From the NCBI GenBank assembly GCA_036229005.1, contig JAZAMN010000069.1, positions 1-59,016 on the forward strand: DNA of 59,016 nt, in the 5' to 3' direction. Positions 51,006-59,016 of the stretch are shown piece by piece. The notes beneath the pieces were generated by a model. It searched no databases. It saw only the letters and a program-made list of their open reading frames with translations, and was not told where the DNA came from. Within the stretch, counting starts at the first letter, position 1; the number at the start of each line of letters is the position of its first letter. The DNA comes from Myxococcota bacterium (lineage in GTDB: Bacteria; Myxococcota_A; UBA796; CAJQPC01). Both the position numbers and the translations under genes were made by a program.

Positions 51006-53171
51006 ATGAGGGCGAAACCGCCCACCGAGGAGGTCCTCGTGCGACCTGAGCAGCTCTTCGCCCACCTCAAGGGCATTGGAAGCACGGGCCGCTTCGTCGC
51101 CGCGGGCCACCATGGCGAAGCGCCGCTCATCCAGATCCGAGGCATGGGCACGCTTCCGCTTCCCGTCGTCCCCCTCTTGCTGCCCACCCTCCGTGGGGCA
51201 GGTCGGCCCGCTCCATACGGTCGCGGTCCCGAGACGGTTGTGGACGAAGCCGTGCGCCGCTGCCACCAGCTGGAAGCGGATGAGGTCACCGTTCCCCCGG
51301 ACTTCGCCCCCGTTCTCGCCGAGATCGCGCAAGCAGCCGCGGACCAACTGGGCGTCGTTGGCTCAGTCCAGGCCAACCTCTACAAGCTCCTGGTCTATGG
51401 GCCCGGCGACTTCTTCATCCCGCACAGGGACACCGAGAAGGAGCCAGGGATGTTCGGCACGCTGGTCGTCACCCTGCCGGCCGAGTTCACTGGCGGTGGC
51501 TTGGTGGTTCGGCATGGCGGTGCCTGTGAGCGAGTCGATCTCCAGCCGGGTACCTCTGGCGTGCGGTGGGTCGCCTTCTACGCCGACTGCACCCACGAGG
51601 TCCTTCCCCTCGTCGATGGGGTCCGGGTCGCGTTGGTCTACAACCTCGTCCGCGCCGGGGCTCCGACACACCCCGCAGATGACGGTGCCGTCGTCGACGC
51701 GCTCGCCACAGAGCTCGGGACGTGGACCTCAGAGGGTCCGGTGAAGCTCGCGTGGGCGCTCGAGCATCGCTACTCCGAGGCGGAGCTTGGATGGGACGGG
51801 CTCAAAGGGGCGGACAACGGCCAAGCGCACGCCCTCCGCCGCGCAGCTCAGATAGCAGGGGTCGACGTCCACCTGGCGCTGCTTTCGGTCGACATGGAGT
51901 GGTCTGCTGAGGAGCTCCAGTACCGCTCCCGACGCCGGCGAGGCCGCTGGGGTAGAGGGGACCAATCGATCCATGGGGACGATGTCCCGGATGACATTGC
52001 GCTCTTTGATGCGCTTCGCGACGACCGGCTCCTCGGGTGCTTCATCGCAGCCGACGGAAGCACCAGGGAGCTCACCGGCATCCCCGTCAGAGAGGGCGAG
52101 GTCTGGCCGCAAGGGGTGATCGACGACGAGCCTCCAGACCACGTGAGCTACCACGAAGCCACCGGCAACGAGGGGGCCACGCTGACACAGCTGTACCGCC
52201 GCGCCGTGGTGGTGCTCTGGCCGCGCGGGAGCGAAGACGCACTGCTGATTCAGTGCGGGCTGGAGGCGGTTGCTTCGGCCCTGTCGGGGGTCAGAGATGC
52301 CGCCCGAGTGGAGCGCTTGGTGAGAGCCGTCCTGGACGACATCGCCTACGGCAACCGGGAGGCCGTCCGGCAGCTGCTGGAGGCCCTGGCTGAACACCGC
52401 ATGGCCGCTCTCGGCGTCGAGGTGTTGGAGCGGCGTTCTCGCCTGGACCGCAGCTTGGTGCCTCCGCTCGCCATGCTGCTGGAGAGCCTGGACGAAACGT
52501 CGGCTGCCACTGCAGCGGCCCAGCAGATGGCCCGACTCGGCCCCTGGGACGGAGAGGTCGCGGTCGACCTGCTGGCGGTCGCAGCCCGGCGAGCCACCCT
52601 CCCCTCACTCTGGACCGGACTCGCGGAGACCTTCGCTGCGCGGAGGCCTTGCCACTCGGAGACTGCCGACTCCATGGCCGTGGTCGTGGACGCGGCCTGG
52701 ACTCTGGATCTGGATGTCCTGAAACAGACAGCTCGTAGCCGACTCGGGGACGACGCCCGCTTCGACGACGCTGTAGCCGCTGCCCTGTTGCTGGAGGAGC
52801 AGGGTTGCCTACCCGAGGACTGGCGAGAGGGAGTGGTCACGGACCTCCGCCGAAGGGTGGCCACCCCACCAACCAAGCCAACAGACTTCGTCCGAGACCC
52901 TGTCCAACACTGCGACTGCGAGGACTGTCGAGCCCTGTCGTCCTTCCTCCGCGATCCTTCCGAGGACCGGTGGGTGTATGGCGTGCGCGAGGACCGGCGA
53001 CGTCACCTCAAGGGTGTCGCGAAACGCGAGCGCTTGGACATCACAACCCGTGTTCTGAAGTCCGGCAGGCCCCACAAGCTCGTGTGCACGAAGACCACAG
53101 GCCGGTATGAGCGCGCTGTGGACCGCTTCGCGCGGCATGTGAACGCGCTCGCCCTGCTCGAAGACCCATAA
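51006..53171 (+). CDS. 2OG-Fe(II) oxygenase-domain protein with long helical C-terminus
   Basis: LYKLLVYGPGDFFIPHRDTEK (HxD), CTHEVLP..GVRVALVYNL. Confidence 0.85.
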   Translation: MRAKPPTEEVLVRPEQLFAHLKGIGSTGRFVAAGHHGEAPLIQIRGMGTLPLPVVPLLLPTLRGAGRPAPYGRGPETVVDEAVRRCHQLEADEVTVPPDFAPVLAEIAQAAADQLGVVGSVQANLYKLLVYGPGDFFIPHRDTEKEPGMFGTLVVTLPAEFTGGGLVVRHGGACERVDLQPGTSGVRWVAFYADCTHEVLPLVDGVRVALVYNLVRAGAPTHPADDGAVVDALATELGTWTSEGPVKLAWALEHRYSEAELGWDGLKGADNGQAHALRRAAQIAGVDVHLALLSVDMEWSAEELQYRSRRRRGRWGRGDQSIHGDDVPDDIALFDALRDDRLLGCFIAADGSTRELTGIPVREGEVWPQGVIDDEPPDHVSYHEATGNEGATLTQLYRRAVVVLWPRGSEDALLIQCGLEAVASALSGVRDAARVERLVRAVLDDIAYGNREAVRQLLEALAEHRMAALGVEVLERRSRLDRSLVPPLAMLLESLDETSAATAAAQQMARLGPWDGEVAVDLLAVAARRATLPSLWTGLAETFAARRPCHSETADSMAVVVDAAWTLDLDVLKQTARSRLGDDARFDDAVAAALLLEEQGCLPEDWREGVVTDLRRRVATPPTKPTDFVRDPVQHCDCEDCRALSSFLRDPSEDRWVYGVREDRRRHLKGVAKRERLDITTRVLKSGRPHKLVCTKTTGRYERAVDRFARHVNALALLEDP

Positions 53172-53242
53172 CCCCTGCAGAAAACTCCCCCCTTGGTTGA
53201 CCTTGCTGCTCTACTCTGGCGATCAAGCCCCACGGAGTGACC

Positions 53243-53270
53243 TTGACATCAACCAATGAGCGAGTAAGCT
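53243..53270 (+). promoter_or_regulatory. Sigma70-type promoter for the abiE operon (probably leaderless)
   Basis: TTGACA, 16 bp, TAAGCT, then 7 bp to ATG 53278; no RBS. Confidence 0.55.
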
Positions 53271-53277
53271 CCAACAC

Positions 53278-54111
53278 ATGACCACCCCCTCCTGGGATCT
53301 GCTCCACGAGTACGCCAACGGGCAGTCCGGCTACTTCACCGCTCAGCAAGCCGCCGAGGCGGGCTTCTCTCCGCAGCTCCTGCACAAGCACATCAAGACC
53401 GGCGCTCTTCAGCGTCCCCTCCGAGGGATCTACCGTCTCGGGCGCTTCCCACCTGCGGAGCACGAAGAGCTGGTCGTCCTGTGGCTGTGGTCCGACCGAG
53501 CAGCCGTGTTCTCCCACGAGACCGCACTACAACTCCACGAGCTGTCGGACGCGCTCCCCTCCCGCGCGCACCTCACCCTGCCCAGAGCGACTCCCCGCAG
53601 GCGAAAGCTCCCAGACGGCATGATCGCCCACTACGCCGATCTGCCGCCAGCGGACATCACCTGGAACGGTCCCATCCCGGTCACCGGACCGGCGCGGTCC
53701 GTTCTGGATGTGGCTGCAGCGCACGGCGACGCGAATCTCGTCGCCCAAGCCATCGACCAGGGGATCCGGCGAGGACTCTTCACCATCGAGAAGGTCGCTC
53801 AGGCGGCGAGCTACGTAGCCATGGCACAAGGAGTCGGGACCCTGATTCGCCCACACAACCGTGATTCCTTGGGGGAGAGTTTCTACACCCACGGCCTGAG
53901 CGGTGTGTGCTCCAAGCCGCCGCCGAGCGACTGGCCTACGACGGTCGTAGAGCTCGCCCAGAGTCACGGAGCCACTCTTCGCGTCGCCCAGCTCTACCCC
54001 TCAATGACCATGCAGCTGGAGTTCGCGTGGCCCCTGAAGACTGGCAGTCCCAGTCCACAGACTCTCCGTGAGCTGAGCAAGAGCCTGAAGCGGAGGTTCG
54101 CGTGGCGGTAG
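53278..54111 (+). CDS. abiEi: Type IV TA antitoxin, AbiEi family
   Basis: QSGYFTAQQA, RGIYRL, VFSHETALQLHELSD, IPVTGPARSVLD. Confidence 0.85.
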   Translation: MTTPSWDLLHEYANGQSGYFTAQQAAEAGFSPQLLHKHIKTGALQRPLRGIYRLGRFPPAEHEELVVLWLWSDRAAVFSHETALQLHELSDALPSRAHLTLPRATPRRRKLPDGMIAHYADLPPADITWNGPIPVTGPARSVLDVAAAHGDANLVAQAIDQGIRRGLFTIEKVAQAASYVAMAQGVGTLIRPHNRDSLGESFYTHGLSGVCSKPPPSDWPTTVVELAQSHGATLRVAQLYPSMTMQLEFAWPLKTGSPSPQTLRELSKSLKRRFAWR

Positions 54112-55013
54112 CCAGTCCAGCGGCATTTCGTGCCTCCATGGAGACCCGCCTGAAGAGCGAGGTGGGGCCAGGTCGCGGCGCGGACCTGAACCGGCGTCGC
54201 GTGCTGATGGTGATGGAGCGTTTCCTCGCGCGGCTCACCGCCATCTTCCCAGAGTCCGCTCTGCTCAAAGGTGGTCTGGCGCTTGAGCTCCGACTCGACT
54301 CCGCCAGGACCACAAAGGACGTCGATCTCCGCATCCTCGGCGACCGGAGCGCTCTGCAGTCACAGCTCCGAGCCGTAGAAGCCCATCGCCCAGTCCCCGA
54401 GGACCATCTGGTCTTCTCCATCTCCGAGGACCCGATCCACCCAACGCTCACCGGGGATGGCATCCGGTACGACGGCTACCGCTTCAAGGTGAAGACCACG
54501 CTGGCAGGGAAGCCCTACGCCGCATTCGGCCTGGACATCGCCTTCGGCGACCCGATCCACGGTGACCCGGTGGTCCTGGAAGGCTCGCGCTTCTTCGAGC
54601 GCTACGGCATCCCACCCATCCGCGTCCAGACCTACCCTCCCGCCTCCCATCTGGCCGAGAAGCTGCATGCCTACACCCTTCCCCGGGACAGGGTGAACAC
54701 AAGACTGAAAGACCTCGTGGACATGCCACTCATCGCTCAGGCCCTTGACGGTCACCAGGCGGTGGACCTACGGCAGGCCATCGATCTGACATTCCAGTTC
54801 CGAGGTTCCCATCCTGTCCCGAAGATGCTGCCGCCACCCCCGCGTCAGTGGCTGGGCCCGTATGCGCGGCTCCGCGAAACGGAGCGGCTGCCTTGGCCAG
54901 ACATCGACCAACTACACACAGTTGCCAGCGCACTGTTGAACCCCGTTCTGTCCGGCATCGATGGAATCTGGAGCGCCAGAGAGGAGGCCTGGAATGCCGG
55001 GGGTGATGGCTGA
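54102..55013 (+). CDS. abiEii: Type IV TA toxin, AbiEii/AbiGii nucleotidyltransferase
   Basis: LLKGGLAL, RTTKDVDL, AEKLHA, TRLKDLVD; overlaps abiEi. Confidence 0.9.
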   Translation: MAVASPAAFRASMETRLKSEVGPGRGADLNRRRVLMVMERFLARLTAIFPESALLKGGLALELRLDSARTTKDVDLRILGDRSALQSQLRAVEAHRPVPEDHLVFSISEDPIHPTLTGDGIRYDGYRFKVKTTLAGKPYAAFGLDIAFGDPIHGDPVVLEGSRFFERYGIPPIRVQTYPPASHLAEKLHAYTLPRDRVNTRLKDLVDMPLIAQALDGHQAVDLRQAIDLTFQFRGSHPVPKMLPPPPRQWLGPYARLRETERLPWPDIDQLHTVASALLNPVLSGIDGIWSAREEAWNAGGDG

Positions 55014-55205
55014 ACGCCGCAGGCACAGACCCCGAATGGGCAAAGAAAGTGTACACGCAGATGGCTGCTCGGCCAAGCACACACCGAACTACCCAATCAG
55101 CATAGTCGCCTTCCCACCAATGATATCTACCCAGCAAACCACTCCGCAACCCAGAGTCAATCGGGAGACCATGGGCCAGAATCCCCGCAGAGTTTAGGAG
55201 CCCCC

Positions 55206-55370
55206 ATGCGCTACGTCCCTCCCCTCTTTCGGCCTCCATCCGAGGCTTCCAGCTACATCCTCCAAGCCACCCTCGGCTGCTCCTGGAACAACTGCACCTA
55301 CTGCTGGGACCCGAATAATTTAAACCACTTAGTGCACACTCACACACACCGAACGACCAAGTGTACACGC
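55206..55370 (+). repeat. Junction J4: radical-SAM 5' fragment, IHF-like site and arm-like repeats
   Basis: MRYVPPLFRPPSEASSYILQATLGCSWNNCTYC 55206-55304; degenerate arm 55341-55349, TGTACACGC 55362; extra TGTACACGC upstream at 55050. Confidence 0.85.
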
Positions 55371-55395
55371 TACGTCAGCAACCGAAGAGGTCCTG

Positions 55396-55695
55396 GTGCT
55401 GGACGCACTCGTGGATGACGAAGACTTGGTAGACGCCTCCGGCGGGTACGAGCAGATGGCGGCCTTCCAGTGCGCCCTGTCCGACCTGGACTGGCCCACG
55501 CCGGCCAAGCTCGGGGACATGGACGTGGTCGTCTGCGGAGTGGACTGGGATGGTCAGGCTCTCTCCGGCATGGACGCAGAGGTGAGCTACGACGGTCACG
55601 AGTTCGAGGTCAGCTTTCAGAAGCTCACCTTTCCGGAGGGGAGTTCCCATGCTCGTCACCTCCCTGCCTTTCGGCAGTGGCTGGGGCTGAGCTGA
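55396..55695 (+). CDS. Small acidic protein, possibly CcbP-like calcium-binding family
   Basis: VDASGGYEQMAAFQCALSDL..PTPA resembles the VDAYxxxEQ pattern of that family; GAGG RBS. Confidence 0.45.
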   Translation: MLDALVDDEDLVDASGGYEQMAAFQCALSDLDWPTPAKLGDMDVVVCGVDWDGQALSGMDAEVSYDGHEFEVSFQKLTFPEGSSHARHLPAFRQWLGLS

Positions 55696-55754
55696 ACACC
55701 CTGCCGACTGCATCGGGTGAGGAACACGAGTTCCGTGTGGGTACTCGAGCGCCA

Positions 55755-57272
55755 TCAGGCTGACGTGCCGTCGCCAGATTGGTGAGAACCACCGCCCGGC
55801 TCCATAGCCCTCTGAACGGTGACCCACTGCTCCCACCCCTCCAGGCTCCGGTCGAGTTCCTTCCGCAGCTTGCCCAGCCGCTCCTCGCTCCACCCCGCGA
55901 AGCGGAGGGTCGGCCCTGTGAGGTCCAACTCCACCTCCGTGGACTGTACGGGGGCCTCGCCAGTGTCGCGCCCGTAAACTGTCGCCATGCCGCCCCGGCG
56001 GACACTGTAGCGATCCCACTCCTGGAGGACGTCAACCAGAATTCCCAACGAGGCGATCGGCGCGTCCTCCACTGGGAGCGAGAGGTCCTGTGTCACGACC
56101 TCCGCGTTCTTCCACACCGACTTCATCTGAAGGACGTTGTGGACCGCCGCCGCCCCCGTTCCCCAGAGGACTCCGTGCCACCACCAGTACGGCCCGTAGT
56201 TCATCCCGTCCCGCTCTTCGCGCCAATGGATCGCCGCACGCAGGGGTGCGAGCGCGGGGTCGACTTGTTCTTCATTCAGCAACGCACTCAGCTGGAAGTA
56301 CAGCGTCGAGACGCGAAGCAGGATGAGGCCGCTGGCCACACCGTGGTCGATGACCCGCTGCCCGAACTTTGGCAGCCCTCGCCAGGCCAGCTCTCCGAAG
56401 TTCTCCTGACACAACTCGATGGCCTGCACCATCTGGGGCGAGCCAAACTGCTTGAAGTGGGCACGCCAAAGACCGAAAGCATCCGGGTACTTGTCAGTTG
56501 AGTTGGGGACAGGCCAGCCCCAATCGCGAAGCTCGGCCGACGCCGCGGACCAGCTAGCGGAGGTGTTCCCCAAGTCGGTCAGCCCGGCCGCCAGACTGCC
56601 CAGAGAGCTTCCGTCCAGGGATGGAGGCAGGCCGTCGCCGAAGCGGTCACGGGCTATCTGTCGATGTCGGGCGTTCAAGCCGAATTCGGTCCAGCACCGG
56701 TGCTGGAAGTAGTCGCGCACGACCTGGGCGCCACGGTCGGTCCCACCCGGAAGCACGGTGGTATCGGTGCTCCCCAGGCCCCCTTCGAGCAGGTAGCCCA
56801 CGTCGTGAAGCAGGCTCGCGAACAGCCAGACGGCGTTGAAGCGGTTGTCGACCCGCGCGCGTGGAATGGAGGAAGGAGAGATACCGCTTCGCGTCGCCAA
56901 GGCCTGACGAACGCTGTCATATATCCTTTCGTTGCTCAGGTACAGCGCCCAACCAAGCAAGTAGTTGTTCACGGTGTGCGCTGCGTGGTCGCGCTGCCCA
57001 GTGTAGGCGATGTCCCCTCCACGCTCGCGCCGTAGGACTCCGTGCCTGAAGTGCACGGTATCATCGATGTCCTCGACTTCGAGGAAAGCAGCCGCGAGCT
57101 CCTCGGCCCGAGCCACGCGGACCTCGTCCATAGTCGCCCTGAGGAAGGCGCTCAGCAGCTTGCGCGTACCGTCAGCCCGCTTGTCTGAGAGCTCTCCATA
57201 CAGCGCAGCCCAGAAGCGCTCGGCGCCCGCGCCCTTGGTAAACAGTTCGGACAGGGTGGTGGAAACGGTCAC
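55755..57272 (-). CDS. HD-superfamily phosphohydrolase-like protein
   Basis: DHAAHTVNNYLLG, SLLHDVGY, DHGVASG, VHN, DVLQEWDR; GTG start overlaps the upstream TGA. Confidence 0.7.
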   Translation of the reverse strand: MTVSTTLSELFTKGAGAERFWAALYGELSDKRADGTRKLLSAFLRATMDEVRVARAEELAAAFLEVEDIDDTVHFRHGVLRRERGGDIAYTGQRDHAAHTVNNYLLGWALYLSNERIYDSVRQALATRSGISPSSIPRARVDNRFNAVWLFASLLHDVGYLLEGGLGSTDTTVLPGGTDRGAQVVRDYFQHRCWTEFGLNARHRQIARDRFGDGLPPSLDGSSLGSLAAGLTDLGNTSASWSAASAELRDWGWPVPNSTDKYPDAFGLWRAHFKQFGSPQMVQAIELCQENFGELAWRGLPKFGQRVIDHGVASGLILLRVSTLYFQLSALLNEEQVDPALAPLRAAIHWREERDGMNYGPYWWWHGVLWGTGAAAVHNVLQMKSVWKNAEVVTQDLSLPVEDAPIASLGILVDVLQEWDRYSVRRGGMATVYGRDTGEAPVQSTEVELDLTGPTLRFAGWSEERLGKLRKELDRSLEGWEQWVTVQRAMEPGGGSHQSGDGTSA

Positions 57273-59016
57273 TTTTTCCTCTTGCGAAATGCGGGGGGTG
57301 GGGTCTTCCAGCGGGGGGCGGCGTCGGTGTCGTGCTGCAGCTTGTCTGCCTTTCGACGTACAGCCTCGCACCATCCCTTGTTCTGCTGCTTGATGACGTC
57401 GTGAACAGGAATGCAGACGTCGGCCGTCACGAACAGCTCCGCACCTTCCAGGCCCAGCAGCTTCTTCCCGTGGCCGGCGCGCGGGGTCCATGCGAAGGAA
57501 CCACCGACCTCACCGTGGTTTGTGAGCACCAGATTGGCGTAGTTTTCGTAGGAGCGGGTCCAGGTCATCGCCTGGTATAGCTCCACGTCCGTGTTGAAGG
57601 CGGAGAAGAACATGTGCTGGATGCGGCCTCGCATCAAGGCGTAGGGCAGCGGGTCCAACAGGTCGGAGCAGATGCCGGTGGTGAAGCCGCCCCAGCGAGG
57701 GTGCACGAAGCAGTACCAGGTGCGTCCGGCAGCGACGCGCCACCTGACCGCGTCATCGCTCAATGCCTTGGCCAGGGAGTATTCGACGGGCGCGGGCAGC
57801 GGCTTGCGAATGCGGTAGGAACGGCTGGAGCGCCGACCCAGGTGAAGCACCAGATCCGCCTCGTTCGTAAACCAGCGCTGTGGGGCGCCACAGTAGGCAT
57901 TCGGTCGCTGCAGCTCCACCCAGTACCGTCCGGTCAGGATGGAGTAGCGGTGCTGACGGACGGTGTCCTCTACCAGGCGTTCCACGCCTGGCGGGAGAAC
58001 CACCTCGGGAAGCACGACAAGCTCGGGGCCGCGAGCCGGCTTTCCAGGGACAGCCGGCCACGGCAGGGCTGCAGTCAGGTTCCAAAGCGCGCGCCGCGGG
58101 GCAGGGTGGCGCGGCCAGGACGCGAGGACCGCCTTCATCTCGGGGAAGAAGTCGGTTTGGGCCACCCGGACACGCACCTGGTCGGGCAGCCTCGGGTCCG
58201 CGAGCGGCGGCTCGTCGAGGGGTGTGGTGAGCAAGTTCTGCCCCAAGCCGGTCCGGGTCAAGTCGACCTGGACAATCGCTGCGTCTACGCGACCGGGCTG
58301 GGGAGAATCGGCTGGCGGCCCACCTCCCACCCGCTGATGCAGGAGTGCCCGGTCCATCTCTTCCAAGCGAGGCAGGGGAGCACTCACCGGCCCAGATGAC
58401 AGCGACGTCGACCGAACGTCAGGAACCTGCCGCCAGAAGCGATCCAGTGGACGCTCCGACCCGGTCGATGCGACCAGACCCAGGAGGTGGTGTGCCAGTC
58501 GCACCCGTACCTGAGAGTTCCCGAAGGAAAACTCCGGGTCAGCCAGTGCGAAAAACACTGGGTGCGGTGCGACGTGCGGCCGACCGTTGCGCAGCAGGAC
58601 GCGGCCCTCTACCGGCGTGGGCTCGATGCGCCCTGCGTCCCCTCGGTTCAGCAGATGCAACCGATGGTTCTGGATAGCCTGCGTCGCCTGGTGGCTGAAG
58701 CGCCACTCGACCGGTAACAAATCGCTTGACCAGTCCGAGCTCTCCGCCAGCGCGCGGTCCACCAGCAGAGGCGGGATGCCCAAGGCCGGCGGAAGGGAGC
58801 CCTCGGAGCTATCAACGAGCTGGGTAGGCCAGGCAAGCAGCAGCCGCCCCAGGTCGCCGGGCGCCGGCTTGGCGCGCGCTGGAGGCCCCTCCATTGGCAG
58901 CTGGCGAAGTCCGACCGCCCCGCGCCAGCAGGACGCGAGTTCCGACGTGCGGCCGGGGGGGGGCGCGCCCCCGCGCCCCCCGCCCCCGGGCCCCCCCCCC
59001 CCCCCCCCAAAGTCCA
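57269..59016 (-). CDS. Protein with C-terminal carbon-nitrogen hydrolase (nitrilase) domain, probably 5'-truncated by the edge
   Basis: E-K-C triad in VLPE, RIRK and GICSD; the frame stays open from 58894 to the window end. Confidence 0.65.
   Translation of the reverse strand, partial: DFGGGGGGPGGGGRGGAPPPGRTSELASCWRGAVGLRQLPMEGPPARAKPAPGDLGRLLLAWPTQLVDSSEGSLPPALGIPPLLVDRALAESSDWSSDLLPVEWRFSHQATQAIQNHRLHLLNRGDAGRIEPTPVEGRVLLRNGRPHVAPHPVFFALADPEFSFGNSQVRVRLAHHLLGLVASTGSERPLDRFWRQVPDVRSTSLSSGPVSAPLPRLEEMDRALLHQRVGGGPPADSPQPGRVDAAIVQVDLTRTGLGQNLLTTPLDEPPLADPRLPDQVRVRVAQTDFFPEMKAVLASWPRHPAPRRALWNLTAALPWPAVPGKPARGPELVVLPEVVLPPGVERLVEDTVRQHRYSILTGRYWVELQRPNAYCGAPQRWFTNEADLVLHLGRRSSRSYRIRKPLPAPVEYSLAKALSDDAVRWRVAAGRTWYCFVHPRWGGFTTGICSDLLDPLPYALMRGRIQHMFFSAFNTDVELYQAMTWTRSYENYANLVLTNHGEVGGSFAWTPRAGHGKKLLGLEGAELFVTADVCIPVHDVIKQQNKGWCEAVRRKADKLQHDTDAAPRWKTPPPAFRKRKK

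Larger units (their letters stand above)
50925..55292. mobile_element. Module C (4368 bp) between J3 and J4, no integrase
   Basis: Bounded by homologous junctions; cargo is an oxygenase and an AbiE pair. Confidence 0.6.
55293..59016. mobile_element. Module D (incomplete, runs off the window)
   Basis: Starts at J4; defence-like cargo; right boundary not visible. Confidence 0.5.

Noticed and set aside
36855..55304. The repeats as DGR template/variable regions
   Set aside because: Differences are mostly synonymous and not adenine-specific, and the copies are not in the 3' ends of target genes
36855..55370. The four junction repeats as a CRISPR array or integron attC sites
   Set aside because: They are kilobases apart and conserved at protein level, with no cas genes, no intI and no attC-type inverted-repeat stems
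36990..55370. TGTACA motifs as Tn7/CAST transposon ends
   Set aside because: They occur as same-orientation pairs at a fixed distance from the core; no tns genes or target duplications were seen
58950..59016. Poly-G/poly-C tract at the window end
   Set aside because: It looks like a low-quality contig end rather than a biological repeat

Overview
GC-rich bacterial DNA, probably Myxococcota (inferred from a MYXO-CTERM-like tail and MopE/FG-GAP lipoproteins). The left part (1-33 kb) looks like core genome. It holds a roadblock/LC7 gene with two near-identical V4R genes, a HExxH peptidase-like pair, an alanine/cation symporter, frmR-frmA-fghA with a double operator, GST, a class III cyclase, an esterase, an RND pump with a two-component system, a DUF1641-like triple-repeat protein and a complete group 2a [NiFe]-hydrogenase/hyp cluster. 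The right part (36.8 kb to the end) is the standout. It carries four same-strand, synonymously diverged copies of the first 33 codons of a radical-SAM gene (36855, 39971, 50838, 55206), each cut at the CxxxxCxxC motif. Each copy is followed at identical spacing by an IHF-like site and paired TGTACACGC-type direct repeats. These lambda-att-like junctions divide the region into integrase-less modules: A (FG-GAP lipoprotein, HTH-PIN), B (CzcCBA, P1B ATPase, ArsR), C (2OG-Fe(II) oxygenase, AbiEi/AbiEii) and D (CcbP-like, HD-domain protein, nitrilase-domain protein running off the edge). I read this as a tandem cassette array accreted inside a radical-SAM gene; the integrase and the intact gene are not visible here. 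All calls come from motif recognition by eye; no searches were run.
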